Source of the DNA: an uncultured Thermoplasmatales archaeon
Lineage (GTDB): Archaea; Thermoplasmatota; E2; DHVEG-1
Reading direction: 5' to 3'
Length of the DNA stretch: 59,362 nt
NCBI GenBank assembly: GCA_964410735.1
Contig: CAYPIF010000025.1
Span: forward strand, 1-59,362
Shown here: piece by piece, positions 21,602-31,972 of the stretch
Layout of the letters: each line of letters begins with the position of its first letter
How positions within the stretch are numbered: the stretch's first letter is position 1
The notes under the pieces: model-generated
Told to the model about the DNA's origin: nothing
Seen by the model: the letters and a program-made list of their open reading frames with translations, nothing else
Databases searched by the model: none
Position numbers and translations under genes: made by a program

Positions 21602-22627
21602 TTACGGAATGATCTCTGTCGTATTGTTGTACGGTGGATAGAACAGTTTCTCTTTGAACGTTTCACAAACGGGAATATATTGTTTGAGCTCATAAATAAG
21701 GAACTTTGTCATATCGCAGATGACATCAAATCCTTCCTGTCCCCATAACCGTTCTTTGTTGGCGAACAAGCATCTACCCCCACAGATGTCATAAACATCA
21801 CAGGAGAGACAGGGTTCATCAACATGGATCTTATGATATCCTGAAGAGAGATCCCCAAGATTATTCCATTCGAAATCAGGTGCAATAGGACATGCAAGGA
21901 TCTTACCATCAGTGGTAATGGCTATAGCACCATCCCCCGCTTGACACGGAAGACCTCCACCACCATGAAGCAGACGGCTCATGATCCCTAAAAATGGAAT
22001 GATACCAGGGATGTTACCTTGTTGTATCTCTGAAACCCACCATGAAACAAGTTTCCGCAATCCTGGCTTATAAGAGGATTCGACCCAGGTTTTGAACTCT
22101 GGTAGTTCCCACAGAGCACTCCAAACCGCATCGACCTGCCAATGAACAAACGGAAATCTATCGATAAGATGTTTCACATCAAGATAAATATCTGTTTTAT
22201 AGGACACAGCCATCCGTGCGATAAGTTCACCTTTGAAATCAGTGGTATGAATGATCTTGACAGCATCCATCACTTTATCGTAACAGCCTTCTTCACGATA
22301 AAAATCAGTGACATCCTTTCGCCCATCAATGGAGAGAAGGATCGTATCAAATTGAGGTATCTCATCCTTAATTTTTTTTATAAAATACCCATTGGTGTTG
22401 ATAACAAAATGCTTTGCAGGAAGATAGGAAAGAAACTCTTGTACAACGTTAGGCTGCAACAGAGGCTCCCCACCATAAAAGGCAACAACTGAATCATTGT
22501 CCTTACATATCAAATCATAAAGCTGTTCTTTTTTATACGTGATAGTATCAGGCATACCATGAAGACTGCCCCCGCAATAACGACAGTTCAGATTGCAGAT
22601 AGGTGTTGTAAGCACAATATAAAGCAT
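21602..22627 (-). CDS. Radical SAM/SPASM protein (AF0577/TIGR04084-like)
   Basis: CNLNCRYC, FYGGEPLL, SPASM cysteines CQAG..ACP..CLSC..CGGRC, C-terminal EIIP; start moved to ATG 22627. Confidence 0.88.
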   Translation of the reverse strand: MLYIVLTTPICNLNCRYCGGSLHGMPDTITYKKEQLYDLICKDNDSVVAFYGGEPLLQPNVVQEFLSYLPAKHFVINTNGYFIKKIKDEIPQFDTILLSIDGRKDVTDFYREEGCYDKVMDAVKIIHTTDFKGELIARMAVSYKTDIYLDVKHLIDRFPFVHWQVDAVWSALWELPEFKTWVESSYKPGLRKLVSWWVSEIQQGNIPGIIPFLGIMSRLLHGGGGLPCQAGDGAIAITTDGKILACPIAPDFEWNNLGDLSSGYHKIHVDEPCLSCDVYDICGGRCLFANKERLWGQEGFDVICDMTKFLIYELKQYIPVCETFKEKLFYPPYNNTTEIIP

Positions 22628-22710
22628 ATACGTGGTATAAAGAGGTATTACAAAAAAGATACACCTAATCAGGAGCGAAAAAATACCGATGAACCGGTGT
22701 TCCATCAAAT

Positions 22711-23082
22711 TTACATCTTTAACGCTTTTTCAATCCGTAGTTTAAGATCATGGATCTCAAAAGGTTTCTCGATATAATCTTCCCCAAGAAATGCCCCAGC
22801 ATTCTTTGCAACCCTATCCGTACGAGCTGTTAAGAAAACAACAGGTATCCCTTTCCATGATTCATTTTCCTTGATCTTATCAAAGGTCTTCCATCCGCTC
22901 ATACCGGGCATCATGATATCAAGTAATATCAGGTCCGGTCGTTCTGTTTGTAAAAGTTGCAAACATCGTTCTCCACTTTCCACCCCCGTTATCTGAAATT
23001 CATCAGAGATACTTTCAATACCACTTTTGACAGAGAACACCACATCAGGGTTGTCATCAACTACCATAATTTTTTTAACCAT
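22711..23082 (-). CDS. Stand-alone response regulator receiver protein
   Basis: VVDD, LLDIMMPGMSG, FLTA, KPF. Confidence 0.95.
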   Translation of the reverse strand: MVKKIMVVDDNPDVVFSVKSGIESISDEFQITGVESGERCLQLLQTERPDLILLDIMMPGMSGWKTFDKIKENESWKGIPVVFLTARTDRVAKNAGAFLGEDYIEKPFEIHDLKLRIEKALKM

Positions 23083-23144
23083 ATTTTCACCTAAACCATC
23101 ACAGAATCCATATAACGTATAGTATACTCATTTAATTATTTTTG

Positions 23145-24266
23145 TTATTCACACACCGGCTGTACAAACCGTTTGAGACGCTGAATGGCCTTTAATTGTT
23201 CCTTTGAACCTAGTTTTGTTTGTTGGATCGCATTCTGTATCAGTTCAATGGATTCATCCATCGCTTTTGTATCAACAGGGAAAGGAACACCATCTTTTCC
23301 GCCAACAGTAAAGCTGTATTTAACTGGATCATGCCAGGAAGGTTCAGAACCATATACAAGATCTGAGATGAGTGCAAGAGCACGCACCGTTGACGGACCA
23401 ACTCCTTTGCAAGAGAGAAATTCTTCATAATCCCTTGGTTGGAACTCATAGATCTCCTTAAGTCGGTTCCAATTCACACTTATTGGCATTTTGAATGATT
23501 TAACTTCATTGCATTTCTCTAGGATCATGGATCCATCAAGGGTCATCTGACCTGATGGAAGGGTTAATGTTGACCAGGTCTGTTTGAGATGAGTAGGGTT
23601 ATCATTGATCAGATCAACAGAGGTTTTTTGGGCTCGTTTACTTTCTTTAGCAGCCATATTGAGCACTTGGGAATGAATCATGTCTCCGATAATACCTTCA
23701 TGTGGTTCGGAGATAAACGACGTTAGGTCATTAGATCGCCAATGGTATCTTCGGGCATAACTTGTTTCATTATTCATCCCTTGTTGTATCACCCCCCACT
23801 GACCTTTTTCTGAGAAGATGAAAACATGATGATACAGGTTATACCCATCTTGTATTGCCGCTGTATCGATCTTTGCCGCCATTCGACTTGCATATTGAAG
23901 AGTATCAACAGTTGAACAGGGAATATTAAAAAGTTCAGAATACATCTTGATCTCTCGAAGAGTGTTCCGCGATCGTTTCCCTTTTCCACCCGCGATGGCA
24001 AGACCATGTTTCTCTGGTTGTATCGCCTCTTTTAATGCTCCGCAGGTTACGGTTGTGGTCCCACTTGAATGCCAATCATAGCCAAGGACACAACTGAGTG
24101 CTTGGAACCAAAAAGGATCAGATACTCTTTTGATAAGTTCCTCAGATCCGAATTCATACTGCAGAACATCAATAATGCCTCCAGCTAGTCCAACCATCCG
24201 TTTGAACAGCCACCGAGGTGCTTTTCCCCCATGTAATGGAAGATCGGTGAATCCTGATCGCTGCAT
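23145..24266 (-). CDS. DUF763 family protein
   Basis: LPLHGGKAPRWLF, GYDWHSSGTTT, QQGM, GGKDGVPFPV. Confidence 0.92.
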   Translation of the reverse strand: MQRSGFTDLPLHGGKAPRWLFKRMVGLAGGIIDVLQYEFGSEELIKRVSDPFWFQALSCVLGYDWHSSGTTTVTCGALKEAIQPEKHGLAIAGGKGKRSRNTLREIKMYSELFNIPCSTVDTLQYASRMAAKIDTAAIQDGYNLYHHVFIFSEKGQWGVIQQGMNNETSYARRYHWRSNDLTSFISEPHEGIIGDMIHSQVLNMAAKESKRAQKTSVDLINDNPTHLKQTWSTLTLPSGQMTLDGSMILEKCNEVKSFKMPISVNWNRLKEIYEFQPRDYEEFLSCKGVGPSTVRALALISDLVYGSEPSWHDPVKYSFTVGGKDGVPFPVDTKAMDESIELIQNAIQQTKLGSKEQLKAIQRLKRFVQPVCE

Positions 24267-24413
24267 GATCTACCCCTGTTAGCCCATATTGTTTGTTTTG
24301 TATTTATACGTTTGAGAGAGGGGTGAAACTATTCTTAGGTTTTTAGAGAAAAATGATTAAAACACTCATTAGGAGTCATTCTTTTAAAGAGGTCAAGCTT
24401 ATCACGTCCCATA

Positions 24414-26381
24414 ATGAAAAGACAACTCGCCGCTTTGGACATTTACACAATGGTCTCTGAGATGCAAGAACTACAAGGATGTTTTGTTGACAAGATCTAC
24501 CAGCTCTCAAGAGATGAACTTCTTTTACGACTTAGAAATCCTGCAACCAAAAAGAAGGAACAGATATACATCAAGAACGGGCAATTGGTATGCCTTACTG
24601 ATAAACAACTTTCAACACCGATAAAACCAACCACTTTTGCAATGACCCTTCGAAAATATCTCTCTAACGCAAGGCTAACCAAGGTGACTCAGCAACAATT
24701 TGACCGTATCATCAAGATAGAATTTGCAAAAAATCAGACTTTTACCCTTGTCATCGAGTTATTCTCCAATGGGAATATCATCCTTGTCAATGAAGAGAAT
24801 AAAATCATCCTACCATTCATCAGAGAAGAATGGGCACATCGGACCATTAAATCAAGGGAAGACTACAATCCTCCACCATCTCAAAAGAATCCTTTTGATA
24901 TCACAAAAGATGATTTCGTAAGTATCCTACGTGAAAGCAAAAGTGATATTGTGAGAACACTCGCAATATCCGTAAATCTCTCAGGGATATATGCGGAAGA
25001 GGCTTGTGCACGAGCAAAGATAAATAAAAACAGTAAACCCGCAGAACTCACCGAGAATGATATCTCAGTGCTTTATACCGAGATGCAAAGGATGTTAGAC
25101 CAGATAAAGAATGATAAGACATCCCCTGTTTTAGCCACATTAAAAGAGGACCCGTTTACGATCCTTCCCTTTGAGTTCCAAAGTTATAATGACGCAACCT
25201 ATGAGCCAGTAGAACAAATGGTACGAGGATTTGACCGTTTCATCATACAGACCGTTTATATTAGACAAGAATCAAAGAACCAGAAACAAATGGATAAACT
25301 CCATAGACAACTTGATCAGCAACAACAGGCCATTAGTGACCTTGACAATAAAATGATCAAACAAAAGCAACATGCTGAGATTCTCTATCTTCATTTCCAA
25401 CAGATTGACCAACTCTTAAAGGAGATCCAGCAACGGATAAATGAGAAGAATAAAACAAATCTTAACAACTATCTATCAGAGCATCCACTGGTCGAAACAT
25501 ATGACCTTTCCTCCCAGACGATACAAGTCCGGCTACAGGATCTAGAAGGAAATATCGAGATAATACCGTTAGATATTAGAAAAAGTATCGCTGAAAACGC
25601 GGAACAGGCATACAATAACAGTAAAAAATCAAAACAGAAGAAAGAGGGAGCAAAAAAAGCGATAACACATACCAAAAAGACCATTGAGGAAGTACAAAGT
25701 CATATTGAAAAAGAACAAGAAAGACAAGAGAACCAAAAGGAGAAACAGAGAATATTCTGGTTTGAAAAATACCGCTGGTTCATCTCAAGTACAGGTAATC
25801 TTATCATCGGAGGAAGGGACGCGAAGACGAATGATCAGATCGTGAAAAAACATCTGGAAAGTAAAGACCGGTATGCACACGCAGATCTTCACGGGGCACC
25901 TAGCTGTATCATCAAACAAACCACATATGATAACAAACCCACTGAGATAACCGAGCAGACAATAACAGAAGGCTGCCAGTTCGCTGCAGTTTATTCAAAA
26001 GCATGGAAACAGTATGCTGAGGCGCAATCATATTGGGTTCTGCCAGAACAGGTCAGTAAAACACCTCAATCAGGAGAGTTCGTGCCTAGAGGAGCGTTCA
26101 TCATACGAGGACAACGGTCGTATTGTAAAAGTAAAATGGAACTTGCCATTGGATCCATCAGGATAGAGGATACAGAAAAGATCATTGGTGGACCTGTCAA
26201 AGCTATCAAGAAATGGTGTGAAAAATATGTTATCCTCCAACCGGATACCGATAAGAAACAGCAGATAGCAAAAAAACTAGCAAGCATGTTCGATGTCTCT
26301 GTTGAACAGATAAATAAAGTACTGCCACCTGGAGAAAGTATGATTGTGTCCATAGTTGGCGAAAATCAGTCAGAATCATAG
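24414..26381 (+). CDS. Ribosome quality control factor Rqc2/NEMF/RqcH (NFACT)
   Basis: FAMTLRKYL, FDRI, ELF..GNIIL, WFEKYRWF, GRDAKTND, HADLHGAP, QVSKTPQSGEF..GAFIIRG. Confidence 0.93.
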   Translation: MKRQLAALDIYTMVSEMQELQGCFVDKIYQLSRDELLLRLRNPATKKKEQIYIKNGQLVCLTDKQLSTPIKPTTFAMTLRKYLSNARLTKVTQQQFDRIIKIEFAKNQTFTLVIELFSNGNIILVNEENKIILPFIREEWAHRTIKSREDYNPPPSQKNPFDITKDDFVSILRESKSDIVRTLAISVNLSGIYAEEACARAKINKNSKPAELTENDISVLYTEMQRMLDQIKNDKTSPVLATLKEDPFTILPFEFQSYNDATYEPVEQMVRGFDRFIIQTVYIRQESKNQKQMDKLHRQLDQQQQAISDLDNKMIKQKQHAEILYLHFQQIDQLLKEIQQRINEKNKTNLNNYLSEHPLVETYDLSSQTIQVRLQDLEGNIEIIPLDIRKSIAENAEQAYNNSKKSKQKKEGAKKAITHTKKTIEEVQSHIEKEQERQENQKEKQRIFWFEKYRWFISSTGNLIIGGRDAKTNDQIVKKHLESKDRYAHADLHGAPSCIIKQTTYDNKPTEITEQTITEGCQFAAVYSKAWKQYAEAQSYWVLPEQVSKTPQSGEFVPRGAFIIRGQRSYCKSKMELAIGSIRIEDTEKIIGGPVKAIKKWCEKYVILQPDTDKKQQIAKKLASMFDVSVEQINKVLPPGESMIVSIVGENQSES

Positions 26382-26392
26382 GTGAATAAAAG

Positions 26393-27436
26393 ATGAAGAT
26401 TATCTTTGAAGACCTTCAACATGGTGAAATAAAACTACTCCCCCAAACATTGGATGATATCTGGCATCTCTCAAACATCATCCAAACTGGTGACATTGTC
26501 AAAGCCATGACCTTTCGCACAGACGAACAGACATCTGATAAGATACGGACAAAGAAATCAACGAAAAAACGAATGAAACTCAGTATTCTCGTGGGAGAAG
26601 TAAAATTTCATGAGTTCTCCGATAGACTTCGGATCCATGGTATCATCGAAGAGGGACCACAGGACAAGGGATCGTATCATACCTTTAATGTCACCGCTGA
26701 CGATAAGGACCCTATTACCATTGTGAAAACAGTATGGAAATCATATGAACTCCAACGGCTGAAAGAAGCCGTTCAGCAGACAAAACAATCACTCATCGTT
26801 TTTGTCTCCCTTGATGATGACACTGCTACAATTGCGGTACTCCGACAAAGCGGGATCCAGTGGATAGCCGATATTGACTCACACCGGTCAGGGAAGATGT
26901 ATGAATCTGTAAGTACAGAAAAAGAGTACTATGCAGAGATACTTTCTATGGTACAACATACCAAACCAGAGAATGCACCATTGATCATTGTTGGCCCAGG
27001 GTTCACAAAAGATCATTTCATGCAATATGGGCGAACAGCAAACCCGGAACTATTCAAACAATGTTTCAATACTGCAACAGGTAATGCAGGGATGAATGGG
27101 GTCCAAGAGGCGATGAAATCAGGTGTTGTTGACCATATCAGTAAGGAAAACAGGGTGTTGTTTGAAACACAACTTGTGGAAAAGCTCTTTGTTGAAATAA
27201 AAAAGGAAGGCCTTGCAGCATATGGTGAAAAAGAGGTTGCACAGGCATTGGAAAATGGTGCCGTTGAACATTTACTGATAGCTGATACAGTGATTCGAAG
27301 TGAACAAGGTAATCGTCTTGTGAATCTTGCCCAGTCGCATCAGAGTGCATTTACAATTATCAACACAATGCATGATGCAGGAAAAAAAATAGATGGTATC
27401 GGTGGTATCGCAGCATTACTACGATTTAAAATATAA
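26393..27436 (+). CDS. pelA: Ribosome rescue factor pelota
   Basis: DDIWHL, RLRIHG, GSYHT, GPGFTK, AYGEKEV, GGIAALLRF. Confidence 0.95.
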   Translation: MKIIFEDLQHGEIKLLPQTLDDIWHLSNIIQTGDIVKAMTFRTDEQTSDKIRTKKSTKKRMKLSILVGEVKFHEFSDRLRIHGIIEEGPQDKGSYHTFNVTADDKDPITIVKTVWKSYELQRLKEAVQQTKQSLIVFVSLDDDTATIAVLRQSGIQWIADIDSHRSGKMYESVSTEKEYYAEILSMVQHTKPENAPLIIVGPGFTKDHFMQYGRTANPELFKQCFNTATGNAGMNGVQEAMKSGVVDHISKENRVLFETQLVEKLFVEIKKEGLAAYGEKEVAQALENGAVEHLLIADTVIRSEQGNRLVNLAQSHQSAFTIINTMHDAGKKIDGIGGIAALLRFKI

Positions 27437-27447
27437 AAAAATGAGGG

Positions 27448-28206
27448 TTAGATCATCCCTCGTCCATATCCAAGGTTCACGTAGAACTCGCCAACATTAT
27501 GATCAAAACCATCATCACCCGTCGTTTTTGTGTCATCAGACCCTGAGTCATCTATTGGTGGTTCTGATTCCTGTAACGAACAGGTATAATAGGTGTAAGT
27601 GGCAGTTAACTCGAAATCATTGCCTTTATCCCGTATGTATTTGAGAAGTCTAAAGATCCGTTCACCTGTATCAACAGTGACGGTGAGATCAAAATCTGCT
27701 TTGTTCTTTCCAGAGGTCAACTCATCAATTGTGTCCTGTGCATCAGAGAGACTTGTCGCCTCAATTGTTCCATCCTTTGGACGTTCGTTAACGGTGAAGA
27801 CAAAACTATAGTTCCCTTCTCCCTCAGATGAATCAGTTTTTATTTCTGAGCCATGTGACATCTCTGCGGTAAGGGTATCAAGACCTTTTTTCATAATGAG
27901 GCCATAGGTTACATCGTCTTCCCAGTTAAGTTTGAATTCAACATTTGTAATAATTATATTGGAACGGCCAGATACGGTGATAGATTGTTCAAGTGTTGTA
28001 CCTTTCTCAACGAAGAAATCCTCGTCGATACTCTGTTCACCTGTATCTTGTGTCCAGGTATATGAATAGCTCATATATTCTGATCCTGCTTCTCCAACAT
28101 TTTCTTCATTATCTGGAGCAGTATACAGTGTTATTCCAATTCCGCTAATAAGGAGAACTACAACCCCTATGATTAAAATGATCTTATCGTTTTTTTTCAG
28201 ATTCAT
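27448..28206 (-). CDS. Membrane-anchored extracellular hypothetical protein
   Basis: N-terminal TM helix, acidic beta-rich body. Confidence 0.7.
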   Translation of the reverse strand: MNLKKNDKIILIIGVVVLLISGIGITLYTAPDNEENVGEAGSEYMSYSYTWTQDTGEQSIDEDFFVEKGTTLEQSITVSGRSNIIITNVEFKLNWEDDVTYGLIMKKGLDTLTAEMSHGSEIKTDSSEGEGNYSFVFTVNERPKDGTIEATSLSDAQDTIDELTSGKNKADFDLTVTVDTGERIFRLLKYIRDKGNDFELTATYTYYTCSLQESEPPIDDSGSDDTKTTGDDGFDHNVGEFYVNLGYGRGMI

Positions 28207-28422
28207 AGAAACACCAAGTTATTATTGAGGGATTTGTATTTTTCTATATTTATAAGTATAGTTCCCCCTTTATTAAAGTTTTTCATATCTTTATTATATA
28301 TGTTGAAAAATGGATTCATCCTTTATAAAATTTTTTATCAATTATAAATTTATTTTTACAGACGCCTCGCATCAATCCTGTCATGATAAATAGTAGCACC
28401 CAATGTAGTGGTATTAGAACAT

Positions 28423-29715
28423 CTAGAAGGTAAGACCAAGTTTGCTGCGTAGATCGCCTCTATGAGGATATTGATCATTTATTTGAGGTTCCATACCTGA
28501 ATAATCCGCAAAAGTCTCATCATTTCTCAAGGTATATCGGGCATAATAGAATGCCTCTTCTGCAGATACCTTTCCATCTTGGAAAAGTGTGATCAAAGGA
28601 GGTTTTCCGGTCTCTCGTAAGCCTGGTCGGTATCCATCAGCAGCACCGGACTGCAATCCTTCGAACCAAAGAAGACTGAACAATGGTCCACGAGTAGTAC
28701 TCGCATACCCAACACGATATTTGCTTGCACCAGATATAACAACACGGCCTGAACCACTGATACCAGAGTGAAGAAGGAAGAACGTTGGGAAATCCAAAAT
28801 CGTCCTATCAGCAAATCCACCACTGAAACACGCATCAACAATGATGCAGGATTTATCAGCGCGGAGACTATACAATTGATCACCAAGCTCCTTATCAGTA
28901 ATCATACCATCCCATAGAAAGATAGCACTTCGTTCCAGGATCTTTCCACCGGTTATCACATTTGTCTCATCACCCCACCCATGCCCTGCGAACCAGATAA
29001 ACACTTCACTATCAGTATACTGATTTGCTTCAGAGATAACATGGTAAAGCACTGTTTCAACATTGGCCTCTGTCGCACCACCATAATTGATATCATATTG
29101 ATGCGTTCGTTGTTGTAACGTCTCTATCTGAGCACCATACCCATTTTCCTCCCGGATCCAGCCATCATCAAATAAAATAAAGATGTTACTAGTCGGAAAT
29201 TCATGGTTCTCAATAAAGAAAGTTGCCATTTCCTCAGCAAGATATAAAGCACCATTTCCCAGTTTCGTCTCGTTATCAGCTGGAAAGTTTGCCGCTGCAA
29301 TAAATACTGCCCATTTATGCTGTTCCGTCTCTAAAGCCTCAGGATTTGACACATACACGGTTACCTCAACAGGGTCTGAATATTCCGTACCATCAAATGC
29401 TCGAACAGAGATCACATTCAAACCATCAGGGTATTGATAGGTGACCCAATCATAACTCCACTCCGTTGTTCCCTCGACCTTTTCCCATTCACTTGAGTTT
29501 ATCTTGATCTCAACATACTCAATGGTATCCTTTGCATCAGGATCAACGGCGGTTCCTATGATCTTAACAATACTTGACACTACTGCATTTGTTTGAGGGT
29601 ATTCTATCTGAACAAGTGGCAAGGCATTCACTGGCGTATCATCCTGTATACAACCTGAAAAGATCGGGATGACTAGAAGCATTATAAGAAAAACCACTAC
29701 CGCTTGTCTTTTCAT
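28423..29715 (-). CDS. Secreted caspase-fold (clan CD) cysteine peptidase with Ig-like domain
   Basis: Lipobox-like FSGC, Ig-like domain, FAGHG and VDACFSGGF His-Cys dyad. Confidence 0.85.
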   Translation of the reverse strand: MKRQAVVVFLIMLLVIPIFSGCIQDDTPVNALPLVQIEYPQTNAVVSSIVKIIGTAVDPDAKDTIEYVEIKINSSEWEKVEGTTEWSYDWVTYQYPDGLNVISVRAFDGTEYSDPVEVTVYVSNPEALETEQHKWAVFIAAANFPADNETKLGNGALYLAEEMATFFIENHEFPTSNIFILFDDGWIREENGYGAQIETLQQRTHQYDINYGGATEANVETVLYHVISEANQYTDSEVFIWFAGHGWGDETNVITGGKILERSAIFLWDGMITDKELGDQLYSLRADKSCIIVDACFSGGFADRTILDFPTFFLLHSGISGSGRVVISGASKYRVGYASTTRGPLFSLLWFEGLQSGAADGYRPGLRETGKPPLITLFQDGKVSAEEAFYYARYTLRNDETFADYSGMEPQINDQYPHRGDLRSKLGLTF

Positions 29716-29789
29716 ACCTTACCAATGTATAATTTCTCAGTTATTATTTAAATGGTTTTCTGAACAAGCTTTTCCCATTCTTGATTTTT

Positions 29790-30767
29790 TTATGAAAATG
29801 CAGATGCTGTAAAATGTTGATATCCTTTATTTTCCAGAGTTTGAAGTATATCATTTTTAAGAATTGTTATACCTTTCTCCTTTGTTACTGTGCCAATAAC
29901 AGTTAAAGATGTAGGAGCAATGGTCTTTTGAAGTAAAGGGAATGCATCTTTAGAAGCAGAAAGCAATAATTCATATTCCCCACCAAAATGGAGCAGATAT
30001 TCACTGAGGGATATATCATCACAATATTTCATCAGGAGAGGATCAACGGGGATTTTAGAATAATCTATTTGAAATCCAACATCGTTGAATCTTTGAAGTT
30101 CATAAAGCGAAGCTGAGAGACCATCAGAAATATCCATGCAACAATGAACCTTTCTTGACATCGCAAGCTTTTGACCCTCAAGAACACGTGGTGTTGGGTG
30201 TATAAGACCATGTATAGTTGATTTGGTTTTTTCTCCTTTTTGAATAGCAAGATAACTGGCAGCAGCGGAACCTACTGTTCCAGTCACAGCGATGATATCA
30301 CCGGGTTTCGCACCTGCTCGACCCATGAACTCATTTTTATCTACAACCCCTATACTAGTCCCCGAGATTACAAGATCATTGTTTTCTTTGGTATCTCCAC
30401 CTATGATCGATGTTTGATAGGTTGATGCACATTCATGAGCACCTCTCACAATATCCTGAAAATCTGAGACCATCATATCTTTTGGTAATCCATATGCTAA
30501 GAGAACACCAAGAGGAGTTCCTCCCTTTGCTGCAATATCGCTCAGATTAATCGCCGTCACAAACCATCCGATATCCTTGTAACTCATAACCGGTGAAAGA
30601 TGTGTTTTCTTTGACACCATATCTGTTGAGATAAGGATAAATTGGTCTCCAAAAGGTAATATCGCACAGTCATCACCGATCATATTGTTTGATGGATCCA
30701 TTTGTATGATGGATTTTACAAGTTCGATTAAGTTTCTCTCACCCTCATCTTTAAGAGTACGCACCAT
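29790..30767 (-). CDS. thiL: Thiamine-monophosphate kinase
   Basis: IGDDCA, STDM, NLSDIAAKGG, IIGGDT, MDISDGL, GGEYELL. Confidence 0.95.
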   Translation of the reverse strand: MVRTLKDEGERNLIELVKSIIQMDPSNNMIGDDCAILPFGDQFILISTDMVSKKTHLSPVMSYKDIGWFVTAINLSDIAAKGGTPLGVLLAYGLPKDMMVSDFQDIVRGAHECASTYQTSIIGGDTKENNDLVISGTSIGVVDKNEFMGRAGAKPGDIIAVTGTVGSAAASYLAIQKGEKTKSTIHGLIHPTPRVLEGQKLAMSRKVHCCMDISDGLSASLYELQRFNDVGFQIDYSKIPVDPLLMKYCDDISLSEYLLHFGGEYELLLSASKDAFPLLQKTIAPTSLTVIGTVTKEKGITILKNDILQTLENKGYQHFTASAFS

Positions 30768-30951
30768 TGAAATATCATTCCTCCGAACCACAAAAATGGT
30801 TTTTTACCATATTCAATGCAATTCCCTATTATTAAATGTTATAAAACACATCATCAAGAAGACTTAAACACATCATTAAAGAAAACTTTATCACAGCCTT
30901 ATCAATGTATCCACAAAGAAAAAACAAAAAAGGGTGGTCCTTTTGAAAAAG

Positions 30952-31971
30952 ATGACATATGCTGAAACCGGGGTTGACATCGATAAAGAAGAACGAGCAA
31001 TCAAGGAGTTGCTCAGTGAAATGAGGACAAAACGTAGTGGCATAGGCAAACCCCTCGGTGGCCATTATGCAGGATTGATAGAATTCGGTGAGTATGGTCT
31101 GGTTCTTTGTACAGATGGTGTTGGTAGTAAAGTGTTGCTGGCAAACTCTTTGCATACATGGGATACCGTTGGCATCGACTGCATCGCCATGAACGTCAAT
31201 GATGCTATTTGTGTAGGTGCTGAACCTTTAGCGTTTGTGGATTACCTCGCAATAGACAACCCAGACCCAGCGATCACTAAACAAATTGGAAAAGGCCTGG
31301 AAGTTGGTGCAGCTCAATCCAACATGTCTATCATCGGGGGTGAAACAGCATCATTACCTGAACTCATCAAAGGTTTCGATCTCGCTGGAACCTGTCTAGC
31401 CTATGTGAAAAGAGACCGAATTGTGACGGGAGATACTCTCGAACCTGGTGATGTTATCATTGGTTTGGAAAGTAGCGGCGTGCATTCAAATGGGTTCACT
31501 CTTGTTAGAAAGGTCGTTGAACAATCATCATTTTCATATAATGATAAATTCCCCGGTGATGGATACCCTGGTAAGACCATCGGTGAGGTACTATTGACCC
31601 CAACGCAGATATATGTGAAGGAGATCGTCACTCTGCTCAAGGAAGTACCCGTGAAAGGATTAGCGCATATTACTGGAAGTGGTCTGAGAAATCTCCCTCG
31701 CCTGAAATCAACAGTGAAATATGTAATCACTGATCCATTTAAACCACAACCAGTTTTCTCATTCCTACAGAAAGAAGGAAACATTGAGGATTTTGAGATG
31801 TATAAAACATTCAACATGGGCATGGGTTTCTGTGTTATCGTACGAAAAGAAGATGTTGATATATCCCTTGATGTTTTAAAGAAACATTCATCTGTAAAAG
31901 TAAAGGTTGTTGGAGAGATACAAAAAGGTTCAGGTGTTGAGGTACCATCATTAGATCTTATTTATAAATAA
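30952..31971 (+). CDS. purM: AIR synthetase
   Basis: TYAETGVDI, TDGVGSK, GGETA, SSGVHSNG, AHITG, TFNMGMG. Confidence 0.97.
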   Translation: MTYAETGVDIDKEERAIKELLSEMRTKRSGIGKPLGGHYAGLIEFGEYGLVLCTDGVGSKVLLANSLHTWDTVGIDCIAMNVNDAICVGAEPLAFVDYLAIDNPDPAITKQIGKGLEVGAAQSNMSIIGGETASLPELIKGFDLAGTCLAYVKRDRIVTGDTLEPGDVIIGLESSGVHSNGFTLVRKVVEQSSFSYNDKFPGDGYPGKTIGEVLLTPTQIYVKEIVTLLKEVPVKGLAHITGSGLRNLPRLKSTVKYVITDPFKPQPVFSFLQKEGNIEDFEMYKTFNMGMGFCVIVRKEDVDISLDVLKKHSSVKVKVVGEIQKGSGVEVPSLDLIYK

Positions 31972-31972
31972 T

